From positions 62,001-126,000 of the forward strand of contig CBFDEM010000021.1 of assembly GCA_965603825.1 (NCBI GenBank): a stretch of 64,000 nucleotides of DNA. The letters are read 5' to 3'. The DNA is from Blepharisma stoltei ATCC 30299. Lineage: Eukaryota; Protista; Ciliophora. A program made the translations under genes and the position numbers. Positions 1 to 12,400 of the stretch are shown here, in pieces. Below the pieces are notes generated by a model. It was given only the letters and a program-made list of their open reading frames with translations, was not told the origin of the DNA and did not search any database. Each line of letters opens with the position of its first letter. The first letter of the stretch is position 1.

Positions 1-6
1 GGCAAA

Positions 7-606
7 ATGGTAAATTTTATATAGGGAAAAGCAAGGAAAACCAGAAAATTTGCCCAAGTAAAAAGAATTATTTCTATGAATGACAAGAGAAAACAAGCAA
101 AAAAAGAAAAAGATGAAGAAGAAAAGCCAAAAGAGGAGCAGGAAAAGACTCATGTAAGCAGAGAGCCTTCTCACCTTTTCTTTTTGGCAAATACAGCTTT
201 AGGGCCACCATACCACATTTTATTAGACACAAACTTCATCAATTTTTCTATCCAAAACAAGCTTGATGTGTTTAAATCGTCAATGGACTGCTTGCTGGGC
301 AAGGTAATTCCTTGCATTTCTGAATGTGTTATTGCTGAATTAGAAAAACTTGGGAAAAAATATCGTTTGGCACTCAGAATTGCCAAGGATCCACGGTTCA
401 GAGTTTTAAGATGCACACATAAAGGAACATATGCAGATGACTGCCTTGTAGATAGAGTTACGCAGCATAGGTGCTTTATCGTAGCGACCTGTGATAAAGA
501 CTTAAAAAGAAGAATCAGAAAAATCCCTGGAGTCCCTATTATGTATATTTCCTCTCACAAATATACAATAGAAAGAATGCCTGACGCCCTTGGAGGAATT
601 AAATAA
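7..606 (+). CDS. FCF1: rRNA-processing PIN-domain protein FCF1/UTP24 (~194 aa; exons 7-9 and 25-606)
   Basis: Removing the 15-nt intron 10-24 gives [18 protein letters not shown], the typical FCF1 N-terminus. Motifs [34 protein letters not shown] and [19 protein letters not shown] are present. Confidence 0.96.
10..24 (+). other. 15-nt spliceosomal intron (gtaaattttatatag)
   Basis: GT..AG with A at -6. Removal joins the ATG to the conserved FCF1 N-terminus. Confidence 0.93.
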
Positions 607-627
607 TTATTTTTCAGATTAAACTAA

Positions 628-3288
628 TTATTTGTAGTGATGGATTTTTTCAGTGACTCTCATGAAAACTTCTTCGAGGCTTGAGTTGCTTAACCCCCAA
701 TTTTCAATAAGATTTGCGACATGTGAATCTTCAGACTCAATAAGCTTATAAAGTCTTAGCGCATCCATCGCTTCTGTCCTAGGAATTGACACAACTAAGC
801 TTCCTCCGCTCATATCAACCAGGTGAGCAGTCGGAAAATTAGCTTCAATATAATTCCAAAGCTTTTGAGTGTCTTTCGAAATCAATTCAATTTTATACCC
901 TTCTCCGAAATGATTTTTTAAATATAAAGGAGTTCCTAAACATTTTATTTTGCCGTCAACCATCACAGCGATTTTATCAGCTAGAACCTCTGCTTCTTCC
1001 ATAGAATGAGTCGTTAATATAAAAACTCTGTCTTTTTTCATTTTCTGTATCAATTTTCATACAAAGCGTTTTGATATAGGATCCATCCCTGTCGTGGGCT
1101 CATCCATAAAAATAATTGAAGGGTTTCCGATTCCTGAAATTGCAACAGAAAGCCTTCTTTTCATGCCACCGCTGTATTTTCCTACTAATAAATCCCCAGC
1201 ATCTTCAATATCTACTTCCTTTAGTTTTTCTAATACTGTATTGACCCTTCTTTCCTTTGAAATATTTTTTATAATACAAAACAGCATTAAATGTTCATAG
1301 CCTGTCAGTTCGTCCCACAAAATATTAAATTGAGGGCAATACCCCATTATATTGCAGATTTTGTCCATGTCGTGGGAAATATCATAGTCTGCAATGAAGG
1401 CTGTGCCATTAGATGGGGATAATAGTCCAGTCAGCATACTCAACAATGTCGTCTTTCCAGCACCATTATGTCCTATAAGGCCTAAGAGCTCTTCTTTTTG
1501 TACTGATAAATGCATTGGCTTTACAGCTTGAATATCTTCGCTTGAGGACCATCAGTGCTTTTTATAGGTTTTGCAGAGGCCTTCAATTCTTAGACCGTCG
1601 CTGCTTTCAGATTTATCGTCATATGAAATTTCTGAGTCACTCAGACTGACATTTACCATTTCTATTTCATGGAGGAGGCGTTTTTTGCGTCTTTTGCAGC
1701 CCCAAAAGTCTTTGGTAAACATAAAATAGATAGGACTATATAAATTTTACTCTGATTTTCCTCTATTAGATGGTAAAATGTGGTCAAAAAGCCATGCCAT
1801 AGTAACAAAAATAAAAAAATTAAAAATTTGGTCTTGCATAACCTCAATACTTGGAGGAATATAAAACTTAAAACCTTTTATATACCCCGATTTCGGCATC
1901 CAAAAATTCTCATAAGCATACTCACTCCCAGACTCCCAGCGCCTTTCAGCATAATTTGGATGACTTGACGCCTTAGTCGCAATATCATAATAAATCAGCG
2001 AAAAATTATACCCAGGATAAAACGTAAACCCTCACCTTACCCAATGTGCCCAGCTCGGTAATTCATTTATGTGGACCAAAAGTGTGAGAAGGTGGCTTTG
2101 TAGGAAGCTCTGTAAAACAATCCCGAATAGTAAAAATGTATAGGAGATTGTATATGCAAGTTTAGCTGAGTTTAAAACGGTTGTAAGCCAAAATCCTAGC
2201 ATAAGCATTGTGATTGCAAACATCTCGAAATTGGCGAGTTGAATTCTAAGTAAAAATTACATGTAAGGCGAATTTAAAAAAAAATCGAATTTAAAAAAAT
2301 ACCCAGAGATAATCAAGCAATTTGTAGAGATGAAAGAAATAATTAGGCCAGTGATAAACCAGGACAGCCAAAATGAAGTGCTAGATACTCCCATTACAGA
2401 TAGACCATGTCGCAATTTTAGCTCTTTTTCTTTGACAATTTCAGAAGCAATCATGCCAAATATCAATAATGGTGGGATAAAAAAGAACATTGGCCCTGTC
2501 ATAGAGACTGAATCATAGCCAGCCATAAGCCGATTTTTTGTTTTTGGGTACCCTTGGAGTAGCATTTCTAGCTTCGGGACTTGTTTTTTAGCTATTTTTC
2601 CTTGAAATTCTAAAGTAGCTTTATCTATTGCAAGCTTGACTGCTGCAACATTTTCATCTAGAGGATCTGGGGCGCCTCTATCAAAAACATTAATTGGACT
2701 TTCAGTAAAGTTGTAAATTAATGAATATAAATAATTTGAATATTCCCCCACAGGCCCACAAGGGATTTCTTTTAAATAGTCATTATCAGGCAGCGGAAAA
2801 TTTTTCGTGCACATAACAACCCCAAACCGCGTCTGATTCATGTGTTTTTGTATATAATCAGTAAACTCCTTATAGCCATTTTCAGAGTAAATTCTGATAT
2901 CTTTTCCGATAGCAAGATTATGCTCTTTTGCAACCTGATTAATCACGTATTCGCTTCATTCATTTTTCCCTCCTGTCAAGCCAAATCCTATAGTAACACA
3001 ATCTTTTTCTCAGCATTTCTTGATTTTATTAATATCTCTGAGTTTTGGGTTATAATCAAGATCGCCTTCAATATAAGAACTGACCATCCTTTGGATTACT
3101 CATAATAAAAAACATACAAAAATAGGTGAGAGAATCAGAACTAAGGTAGAAAAATATTGCCTGGTAAATAATAAATAATTTTTTCATAATAAAACCCTTA
3201 CTTGTGAGATCAGCTGCTTGATTTCTCATTTAAAAACAGAAAAAGGTGAGCAAGGCTTTGGCTTTTCTTGCACATTTGTATTCTCCAT
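628..3288 (-). CDS. ABCA-subfamily half-size ABC transporter (~876 aa, 2 introns, several TGA=Trp)
   Basis: N-terminal QVRVLLW(TGA)KN motif, EIVKEKELKLRHGLSVMGVS, Walker A GHNGAGKTT, signature YSGGMKRRL, DEPTTGMDPISKRFVW(TGA 1057-1059) and LTTHSMEEAE. The frame is continuous after removing introns 2246-2260 and 1736-1750. Confidence 0.93.
1736..1750 (-). other. 15-nt intron (gtaaaatttatatag)
   Basis: GT..AG, A at -6. Removal deletes an in-frame TAA and restores DPIYFMFTKDFWG of the ABCA gene. Confidence 0.88.
2246..2260 (-). other. 15-nt intron (gtaatttttacttag)
   Basis: GT..AG, A at -6. Removal deletes the TAA at 2257 and joins two in-frame ABCA transmembrane segments. Confidence 0.9.
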
Positions 3289-3324
3289 TTATTACTTTAA
3301 TTGAGTAATTAAGTTAAAGAACTC

Positions 3325-4515
3325 TTAAGAATGGGCTTCTTCTTTTGCACCTTCATGAAGATGCTCAGCTGCCTTTGCTGCTTTAGCTTTTTTCTTTTCT
3401 TCATCACTTGAAGAAGAGCTTGATGAAGAAGACGAAGAACTGGACGATTTTTTATCTTTATGGTCCTTGTGCTCATGGTCCTTATGCTCATGGTCTTTAT
3501 GCTCATGGTCTTTATCATGGCCTTCATGATGATCATGCACTTCGTGGATCTCGTGGGTCTCGTGGGTCTCGTGAGTCTCTCCTTCATGATGGTGATGGCG
3601 GTGGCGATGATGATGCTCTCCAGACACTTCTACAGTGACTTCTACTTTCTTTTCACTTTTTCCTGATTTTCCTTTTAGTACGTCAGCAGCTACTACTTTG
3701 GCTGGTGGAGGCCTATGACTAAGCACCAAAAGTCTGATTCCATGAGGGGTCAATAAAGTTCCATTGTCTTCGTCATCAAAGACTTTTAGAAAATCTTGCA
3801 AGGAAATCTGCTCTTTTGGCTTGACTTCTTTGACTTCTTCTACTTTGGCTTCTACTTTTTTAACCTCTTCATGCTTCTCCTCCTTTTTTCCATCCTCCTT
3901 TTTCTCTTCTTTTTTCTCTTCCTTTTTCTCTTCTTTTTTATCTTCAGTTTTTTTCTCAGCTTTTTTCTTTTCTCCTAGGAAAGTTTGAACGATATGGATA
4001 GTCGCTTTTTCCTTATATTCATTAAGGAGCTTAACATAGTTATTCCACTTTTCTTCAGTTATTTCCGTTCCTGCACCTCTAAGTATAGTAAGTTTATTGA
4101 CAGAAATTTCGACCATATCAGCTACTAAAGCATGGATTTCAGCCCTGTGGAGTTCTTTGGTATCCATAGGGTCTCTTGTTTCGAACAAGAGTTTTGCCTT
4201 GTCTTTAGCACTGCCTTGGCTTATCATTGCTCCAAGAACTAGCAGATGGCGAAGTGGGAGTTTTCCATCGTGGCCTTTAAATGATGCAAAGAAATCAGCT
4301 GCTTTAGGGCTATAAGCAGTGTTTTCTACGTTAAGGCTGAGATAAGAAACTATATCACGCCATTGCTCAGCGTTGACTTCAAAGCCTGCTGAGTATTTAT
4401 GATGGCAAAAATCTACTATTTTGCAGTTGTGGCTTCCGTAGTTTAGCTGTGCTTCTTGGCGGAGCAAAATTCGCTCCTCTTCGGATAATTCTGTTCTGCT
4501 TCCTTGGCAACCCAT
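3325..4515 (-). CDS. Putative dually acylated, degenerate EF-hand protein with Lys/Glu repeats and a His-rich C-terminus (396 aa)
   Basis: Intact ORF. MGCQGS myristoylation/palmitoylation-type start, KAKLLFETRDPMDTKELHRAE EF-hand-like loop, KKEE repeats, HHHRHRHHHH, HEHKD repeats and poly-Ser. Confidence 0.8.
   Translation of the reverse strand: MGCQGSRTELSEEERILLRQEAQLNYGSHNCKIVDFCHHKYSAGFEVNAEQWRDIVSYLSLNVENTAYSPKAADFFASFKGHDGKLPLRHLLVLGAMISQGSAKDKAKLLFETRDPMDTKELHRAEIHALVADMVEISVNKLTILRGAGTEITEEKWNNYVKLLNEYKEKATIHIVQTFLGEKKKAEKKTEDKKEEKKEEKKEEKKEDGKKEEKHEEVKKVEAKVEEVKEVKPKEQISLQDFLKVFDDEDNGTLLTPHGIRLLVLSHRPPPAKVVAADVLKGKSGKSEKKVEVTVEVSGEHHHRHRHHHHEGETHETHETHEIHEVHDHHEGHDKDHEHKDHEHKDHEHKDHKDKKSSSSSSSSSSSSSSDEEKKKAKAAKAAEHLHEGAKEEAHS
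3455..3612. repeat. Coding low-complexity tandem repeats (15-bp HEHKD units, 9-bp HET units, His codon run)
   Basis: Repeated ttatgctcatggtc-like and tcgtgggtc-like units are directly visible. Confidence 0.8.
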
Positions 4516-5409
4516 ATTTTTATTAAAACCAATGGTTTTTTTAAGCTTAACTGATGATAAAAAGGTTTTATAAATTTATTAAAGGAAATAGCTAATTATT
4601 AACTGTAAATAGATTTTCAAGAATTATTTTATACAAAATAGTCTGCAATTGGTTAATGCTATTTGCTAATAATTAAATATAATTTTTAGACGACAGAAAA
4701 CTTAATTTTGTCTATATAACTATAATGATAGGTATTTTGAGATAAATTATATTCTTTAATTTTTTCCCCAGTTCTTCTGCGTAAATCCCTTTTTCTAGAA
4801 TTGCAAAATTTATATAAAATTACCAATTATATTGATGACGTTAGTAAAAATGGGTTGGACATCAAATAAATAAAAGTCTTAATAGGATAAAAATTAGAAA
4901 ATAGAACTTAATTAATTATAATACCTAACGTTATAGCGAACCTATGTTATAAATTAGCGTATTTTGCTAATAAAAATTATCGCAATTTTTGCTAAAGAAT
5001 TATTATATTGGCTTTATTTAAGTCATGACAGCTTTCTACTATCTTTAAAGTTTGATTTCTAAAAAATAATTGTATTATAATCAAAAATGAAATGAAGCAG
5101 AAAATAAAAATAAAAAATCATAAAAATCATTCATATTGGCTTATAAACGCTATTTAAATAATAAAAATGACATATAGAAGATTTTTTGTCTAAAAATCCA
5201 ACAAGATTTTTATGAACTAGCTATAAAAAGCCATTTGTAAATTCCCATATATGCACCTTCAATTAATGATTTATATTGCTTATTATTAATTTTCATCCTA
5301 TATTTAAATTATAATAATTTCTACTCAGTATCAAAATAAAATCCCCACCTGTATTATATAAGAAATTATTTTTATCTTTTGTCTCAATAAATGTCTTCTT
5401 TTTTTATCC

Positions 5410-6033
5410 CTATCCTTTCTTCATATCATTCCTCAGCTGCCGTCTCAGCCTTTTCAGCCCTTCTATCGTCACAAATTCACTAGGTTCTACCTTAATATAC
5501 ATGCTCCTCATATATCTTCTCCTTTTTTTCATCATCATTTCTTCATATACCAAATTCGCTGATTCTTTTAATTCATTTTCTAATTTTTTGAAAATTTGTT
5601 TACTTTTATCATAACAAGGCCTCAAATTGTTCAATTTTTCTTTTTCGATTTCGTCAATAATGTGGTCAATAGATAGAAGTCTGTTTCTTTGAGTTTTGGA
5701 CCCATGCAGATTAGGATGTGATTGAATTTTACAGAGCTCAGAAAAACGTGATTTAGAAGGGATTGAAGTGCTTGGAGACCTTGTGTGACAGCCTGTACTG
5801 TCTTGTGAGATTGCTCTATAAGTTAATGTGGAATGCTTTGTAGGGCTAGGGGGAGATCTGGTAGGACTTTGAGATAGGATTTTTGGGTATAGAAGGTAGT
5901 TAGGCAGCCTAGTGGAAATTGCAGAGAACCTTCGAGTTGTGCTTTTAAAGGCTTCAGCAGCCCCTTTTGGGCTTGCAGGGGTAGAAATCAGCGTGATTTT
6001 TGGTATTGTGCGTTTTCTTATCCCAGTTTCCAT
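5410..6033 (-). CDS. Hypothetical basic Ser/Pro-rich protein (207 aa)
   Basis: Intact ATG..TAG ORF with AT-rich flanks; no recognised domain. Confidence 0.7.
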   Translation of the reverse strand: METGIRKRTIPKITLISTPASPKGAAEAFKSTTRRFSAISTRLPNYLLYPKILSQSPTRSPPSPTKHSTLTYRAISQDSTGCHTRSPSTSIPSKSRFSELCKIQSHPNLHGSKTQRNRLLSIDHIIDEIEKEKLNNLRPCYDKSKQIFKKLENELKESANLVYEEMMMKKRRRYMRSMYIKVEPSEFVTIEGLKRLRRQLRNDMKKG

Positions 6034-6095
6034 ATAATTTTAAATATTCGTCAATTTAAATTCTAGCTTTAATTTTTTAAAAAAGCTTAAATTAG

Positions 6096-6773
6096 CTAAC
6101 GACGACGCATTGCGAGTCCGTGCACTGGTTTCTTCCCTTGCTCATCATACTTGCTGCTCCAGCCTGCTATGAATTCTTCTAGCTGTTGTACGTCAGATCC
6201 ATAGTCGTAAACCAAATCAGCGAAATCACTAAAGCACTTCTCAAAGGCTTGTTCGTCTTTATCCCCACCATTATTAGCATGGCTTGCCATGCAACTTGCA
6301 GCAGTTGCTCTTGCCTTTGCTAATTTCTGCTCAATTTCTATTTTCACGGACTTTTGAGGCAACATGCATAACTTAGGGCAATCTTCAGATTCATCTTTAC
6401 TTGCATAACAAAGATCAAGGCAACCTTGCTTTTTGGTCTCAAGGACTTTGTAAGCTTGGCTTCTTTCTACGTTCTTCTCAATGAGATCAAAGCCATAATG
6501 AAGCTTTTTAACTGATTCGAACTCGTGAGACTCCGAGTTGTAAGATGCTGGCAGAGGCTTCGTTTGAGGTGCTGTGATCTGGCTTTCTTCTGGGGCAAGG
6601 CCTGTTTGGGCTGCAAGGTCACGGTACCAGCGAAGATTCCAAGAATATCCTCCAGGGGAATAAAGCCAGCTTGGCATATACTGAAGTCCAAGCTTGTGGC
6701 GTTCTTCAGGGTCTGACTGATTGAGATAATAGTAATAGATCTTCCAACATATAGCTGAGAATGGGTAATCCAT
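6096..6773 (-). CDS. Hypothetical protein with paired CX3C motifs, possibly FAM136A/DUF842-like (225 aa)
   Basis: Intact, relatively GC-rich ORF. CLDLC...CPKLC motifs plus two further Cys in predicted helices. Family assignment is tentative. Confidence 0.65.
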   Translation of the reverse strand: MDYPFSAICWKIYYYYLNQSDPEERHKLGLQYMPSWLYSPGGYSWNLRWYRDLAAQTGLAPEESQITAPQTKPLPASYNSESHEFESVKKLHYGFDLIEKNVERSQAYKVLETKKQGCLDLCYASKDESEDCPKLCMLPQKSVKIEIEQKLAKARATAASCMASHANNGGDKDEQAFEKCFSDFADLVYDYGSDVQQLEEFIAGWSSKYDEQGKKPVHGLAMRRR

Positions 6774-6883
6774 GTTTAAGATTATAATTAAATATATCCA
6801 CCAAGTAAATGCTATGATAAAGATTTAGCGAAATTAAATTCATCTGATTTTTCAATCCATTTAAATATGATTTTCTCGACTCC

Positions 6884-9409
6884 TTATTCGAACCCTGGAG
6901 GAGGTCTCAAGTCCCAACTTTCAAATCCTGAATAATGAAGCCTCGAATGCTTGGAGTCAGAGTCGTGACTTAAGCCTTCACTTAAGGTGCGGTTGTGGAC
7001 ATTCCAAATAGTCGCACTCGGGTTGAACTTTACACTGTCACTGCTAAGATGAGGAGACGCTGGACCTTGTAGAGAACTCGACAAATCATTAGAAGCGTTG
7101 AAATAGTCCTCGTAAATGCTTCAGGATTTGTCTTCTTCTACGGGTTTTACAATCTGCATTGGCAGACTTGATATATTTACTATCCTTTGCATATGATTAT
7201 GTGAAAAGAGATCATTGGAAATTCCTACACCGTCATCGTAGCCTGATGAGACATGCCGTGGATGAGGAGAAGGCGAAGAATTTTGTGTCTGTTCTAAAAC
7301 AGCTGAGCCAAATGAGTCTCTGAAAGGAGAATAAAAATAGTCAAAATGCGGATTTTCTGATCTAAAGATCATATAGGTTTCTTTGGTTTTTATAATTTCA
7401 AGCTGGTTTTTGCCAAAAGTTTGGATAAATTCGCAGAGATTAGCGACTTGATAGCTTGCTCATGAAATAGGCTGCCCAAGTCTATCAAGAAGTTGCTGCT
7501 CGAGTTTTGATTCAGAAAGGCCAAATTTGTTTTCGTTGAGGGATTGGAAAATAAGATCTAAAATTTGGTCAACAGAAGGAGGAGAATTAGAAATTTGCCT
7601 AAGCTTTATGTCATTTAATACCACAAATGGATGGTTTGTGCCTCTCAGCTCTACAGACACAGACGGAATTGCTAGAAGTAAATCTTTTAGCTTGGCGAAG
7701 CCAAGCTCTGTTATATTCAGCTGAAACTTTAGCGACCTTTTCAACAGTAATGGAAGCTGTGCTAGCGAAATCTCATGAGGCGGTTTTTCTAAATACTCTA
7801 ATATAGCTTTTTCAATCGCCTGCATTTTTCTCTGAATTTCTATTTTCGAGGTTGACCTCTGATGGCTTGGTGTCCACACTAACAAAGTCCTTTGGTACCT
7901 CAACAAGTCTTCATTTATTGCTATCTGTATCATATAGCTAATTTTTCCAAGAGAGCAGCTTCTCATAGCACTTGGTCCACAAAGTTTCACAAACTGCGCA
8001 CATCCGTACCTTCCACCTGGAATTACCCTGATTTCTTCATCCTGCAAGCTTTTTTTGTGCTTTTTTGAGGTAAAATAGTCCTCAAGAAATTGCATGAGTT
8101 CTCGTCAGTCTTCAGTATCTTTAAGATTTAAATAGTCACCAAATTTAGAATGCTGGTCTAAGGCCACCCACTCTTCGCCGCTTGGGTAAATTAAAAAAGT
8201 TTTGGCACCGATTGAAGGCTCATCTATTTCTCTGATACTGAATTTCGGGACATTTGAAATCGGCTGCGAAAACAGACTAAAAGCTACTGGAGCTGACGAA
8301 GAATGGGAATGACCTCTGGCTTGTTGAATTAAATGGTCCCACTGAGCTACAGTCGGCTTTAAATCAAAAGCTTCCCTCATGCGGCATTGGATCGCTTTTT
8401 CAGTCGGCAACATTTCGTCAGCTTTTAGCGACCTAAGCGTCCACAGCAATAAGTCAAGCGAAAGCTGCTCGATTTTTAAGCTGGCAAATTCTATGCTGGA
8501 GTCTCCCAGTTCTCGTGAGGTCAAGCGGATTACATTTTTCTTTTCAGCTGTTTTTACTAATTTTATGATAGAGTCACTATTAGTTTTCAGCCGAGACCTC
8601 AAGTTTTCAATAAGCTCCGGGACTTCGTGAAGCAGATTTCCCTTGCTGGCTTCTTCTTTTAAATAAGCCCAAATCTGGTTTATCGCTAAAGTTTTTTTTT
8701 CATCAATTTGGTTGATTTCTTTGACTTCGGAAAATCTGGTATTGTCTTCTCTATTCCTGGATTTAATAGGAGCTGATTCGTTACTGGTGATGGTTTCTAG
8801 CTGCAAAGGAAGGATTCGGCTTGATATTATAAACTCGATGCCAGGGACATTACTTTTGAGCTGAATTAAATGAGGCTTTATCTGCAAACTGTGTGCAGTA
8901 ATCACTAATACATGTGTCAGTCCATTGTTTGATAGCACAGACACATCAAGCAAAATAGCTTCATTATCCTTAATCCCTTGAAAATAAATTGGAGTTATTC
9001 CTTCTTTAATAGCAGCTTCTTTTCATCTGCCTCACGGATCTCCATAAGTTCTAACAAACTTAGGCACCCCAACCCTCTGCGAAATCTCATTGAGCGCTTG
9101 TCTTATATCTTCAGCACGTGATGGTTTGCATGACCCAAAATCCCAAAACACCCCAAGCTGCTTTGGGGACTCAAAAGTCTCTTTGGAATGGTTTACATGG
9201 GACACTTCGCAGTTTTCACAAGCCGAAATGTCGCAGGTTTCGCATCTCATCACAGCAATGTTTCGGCATGAATTGCAGATCTTTGGCCTTATATGGGATT
9301 TTCTTTTTCCGCCCTTGTGGAGAGCTTCATCACAGGTGGGGCAAAGACCTTGGTCACACTCAGCACAGAAATAAATTGCGTTGTCTGAATCGCACTCTTC
9401 GCACTTCAT
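6884..9409 (-). CDS. B-box + NYN-like + OST-HTH-associated (OHA) + LOTUS/OST-HTH protein (~841 aa)
   Basis: Five track ORFs lie in one frame, joined only by TGA. B-box CEECDSDNAIYFCAECDQGLCPTCDEALH, NYN-like GVFWDFGSCKP, OHA-like IPGGRYGCAQFVK, LOTUS-like ISLAQLPLLLKRSLKFQLNITELGFAKLKDLLLAIP. Confidence 0.82.
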
Positions 9410-9465
9410 ATTGCAATTTTAATGGAGTTATAAGTTTGAAGCAGTCTCTGCATTTTTTCTTATAA

Positions 9466-12400
9466 ATGGAATTTGTACTTGGGGACTTGATCTGGATATA
9501 TCCTCATGATGAATTATCATGGGCTCCTGGCGAAATCACCAGCATTGAAGAAAACGCCTACGTCGTCAGTGTAAAAGATTTTCCAGACAGCGATCTCTAT
9601 AGAGTTGAAAAGCAGCATGCCCTTCCTGTACATCCCAGCTGTTTAGAAGGAATCCCAGACTTATTATCTCTCGGAGAATTTAACCTAGGCGCTTTATTGC
9701 ACAACGTAAGGACGAGATATTTCCAAAACAATATATATACATCAGTCGGAAGCCCAATTTTGATATCTATCAACCCATATACGAAATTACCTATTTATAC
9801 ACAAAAACATGCAGAAATGTATAGAGGCAAAGGAAAAGAAAATTTAGCACCTCATTTGTATTTGATGGCTGAGCAAGCACATTCGGCATTGCTGGAATCT
9901 AATCAGTCTATAATTATTTCTGGAGAAAGTGGGTCAGGGAAGACAGAAGCTGCAAAAATAATTTTAAGCTATTTGGCTGGGTTTTCTGGGGAGGCTAGCA
10001 AAGGAGGGAATTCTATAGAAAACCAGGTTTTGGACTCAAATCCTATTTTAGAAGCTTTTGGGAATGCAAAAACTCTCAGAAATGACAATTCGTCAAGATT
10101 TGGGAAATTCATTGAAATTCATTTTGATAGTGTTACAAGGAAGCTGCATTCAGCCAGAATCGAAAATTATTTATTGGAAAAATCTAGGATTGTTACACAA
10201 ATTGAAGGAGAAAGGAATTATCATTTCTTTTATCAGCTGTGCGCTGGGGCTAATGATACAGAAAGAGAACTATTTAAAATTTTATCAGCTGAGAGCTATA
10301 ATTATCTATGCAAAGGTGGCTGTTTAGAAATTCCGGATGTTGATGATGCTGAAAATTATCAGCAAACCAGGGAATGTATGAAAATTTTGGGGTTCACAGA
10401 GCAAGAACAAATGGATATTTTGAGAATTGTGACAGGAGTTTTATATATGGGAAATCTTGAATTTGTAGGAGAAGAAAATGCAGAAATTGAAAATTATGAA
10501 ATTTTGGAAATTATTGCAAATTTATTAAAAATCCCTGTAAAAGCTGTAGAAAAAATATTGACTACAAGGATCATGATAGACCCTATGACTAAAAAAGAAA
10601 TAGAAATGCTTCAAAACCCTGGCCAAGCTATGTATATAAGAGATGCCACATCAAAAGCAATATATAGTAAGCTATTTGTGTGGCTTGTCAATAGAATTAA
10701 CGAATCAATTGCAGTAAAACAGAAAAAAACTACCAAAATAATAGGTCTGCTCGATATATACGGTTTTGAAGTCTTTGAAGACAACTCTTATGAGCAGCTT
10801 TGTATTAACTACGCAAATGAAAAGCTTCAGCAGCATTTTAACCACCATATGTTTAAGCTCGAACAGTCAGAATATTCCAAAGAAAAAATCAAATGAGACC
10901 ATATCTCCTATGAAGATAATCAGCTTTGTATAGACTTAATTGAAAAAAAACCTATAGGTGTAATCGCTTTATTAGACGAACAATGCAAGCTGCAAAGAGG
11001 GAGCGACAAAACTTTTCTATCAAATTTGCACTCAATGAAAGAAAAAAGCAATTATTTGTGTGACCCTGGGCAGTTTGCCAATGACTATTTCGGAATTTCA
11101 CATTATGCAGGAAATGTTTTTTATAATGTGAATGGGTTTTGTGAAAAAAATAAAGATACATTAAACCCAGAAATAATAAAAGCAGTCGACTTATCTGAAT
11201 GTGAGCTATTAAGGTTAATTTTTACTGAGCCAAAAGTAAAAAAATCAAGAGGCAAAAAAGATGGAAGCACCCCAGGGACTCTTAACGCCCCCACAATAGC
11301 AACCCAATTCAAAGGGCAGCTTCATGACCTTATGAAAGCTTTATCAGCAGCCACACCTTCCTATATCCGCTGTATCAAGCCAAATTCTCACAAATCCCCT
11401 AAAGAATTCGATTCAGTCGACGTAGAAAGGCAGCTCCGATGTGCTGGGATGCTTGAATCTATACGTATCAGAAAAGCTGGATACTCAGTCAGAAGGTCTA
11501 TTCAAGAATTTGTAGGAAAATACTGGATTTTGGCTCCTTCTATAAAAAAACAAAGCATGAGCAATATGGCACAATGCAAAGAGTTATTTGGGGTGTTAAT
11601 GAAAAATCCGTCATTAAGGAATATGCTGGATCCTGATAAAAAATTATGCCAAATTGGCATAACAAAGGTATTTATGAAGGACGAGCTCAGGCAAGCTATT
11701 GATGTAGAGTACGCAAAAGCTGCCCATGGCCATGCAGTAAGGATTCAAGCGTTATTTAGAGGGCATAAGCAGAAAAAAAAGTATCAGTTTTTGTACGTTT
11801 GTGTATTGTGTCTGCAGAAAAATATTAGAAATTTCTTGTGGAGGAGGAAATTAGGCAGGAAAATTGAAGCGAAAAAGAAGCTGAAGAGGTGGATAGCGAG
11901 TTTGACGTGTAAAGAGAGGAAAAATAGAATGATAAGGGCGGTGGAAATTATTGAGAGAGGGGTTAGGAGAGCTTTGTGCAGAGAAATAATTAAAAAAATT
12001 GCATGTGAAAATAAGGAAAAAGAGATGAAGAAGGCTGAAGAAATAAAAGATGAAGTGAGACTCGAAGAGGTCAAAAGGGTGGAGATTCAAAAAGAAGAGA
12101 CTAAAATTGAGGTAACTAGCAGTGATAACTCAGAAAAAAGTCAAGAAATTTATATGAAGGACCAAATAAAATATAAAAATTTATACGAAAAAACTGAATC
12201 TTCCACAACTGAAGAAACCGAAGATTTCGAAGTCAGTATCAGACAGATCAACGAAAGGCCCAGAAATTTATCCCATAGAGAACTTATATCAGGGAATGCT
12301 CCTGTTATAGAAACTCTCAAACAAGAAATTTCTTCATTAACGTCAAAATTAACTTATGAGCGAGAAAAAACCTCAGAACTTGAAGGACAAGTCGAGCATT

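Noticed and set aside
3408-4315. Several + strand Met/Phe/Ser-rich ORFs
   Set aside because: Antisense shadows of the His and KKEE repeats of gene 3325-4515.
4516-5409. Long AT-rich spacer as a retained IES or MITE
   Set aside because: No terminal inverted repeats were discernible, and TA boundaries are uninformative in such AT-rich DNA. It needs MAC versus MIC read comparison.
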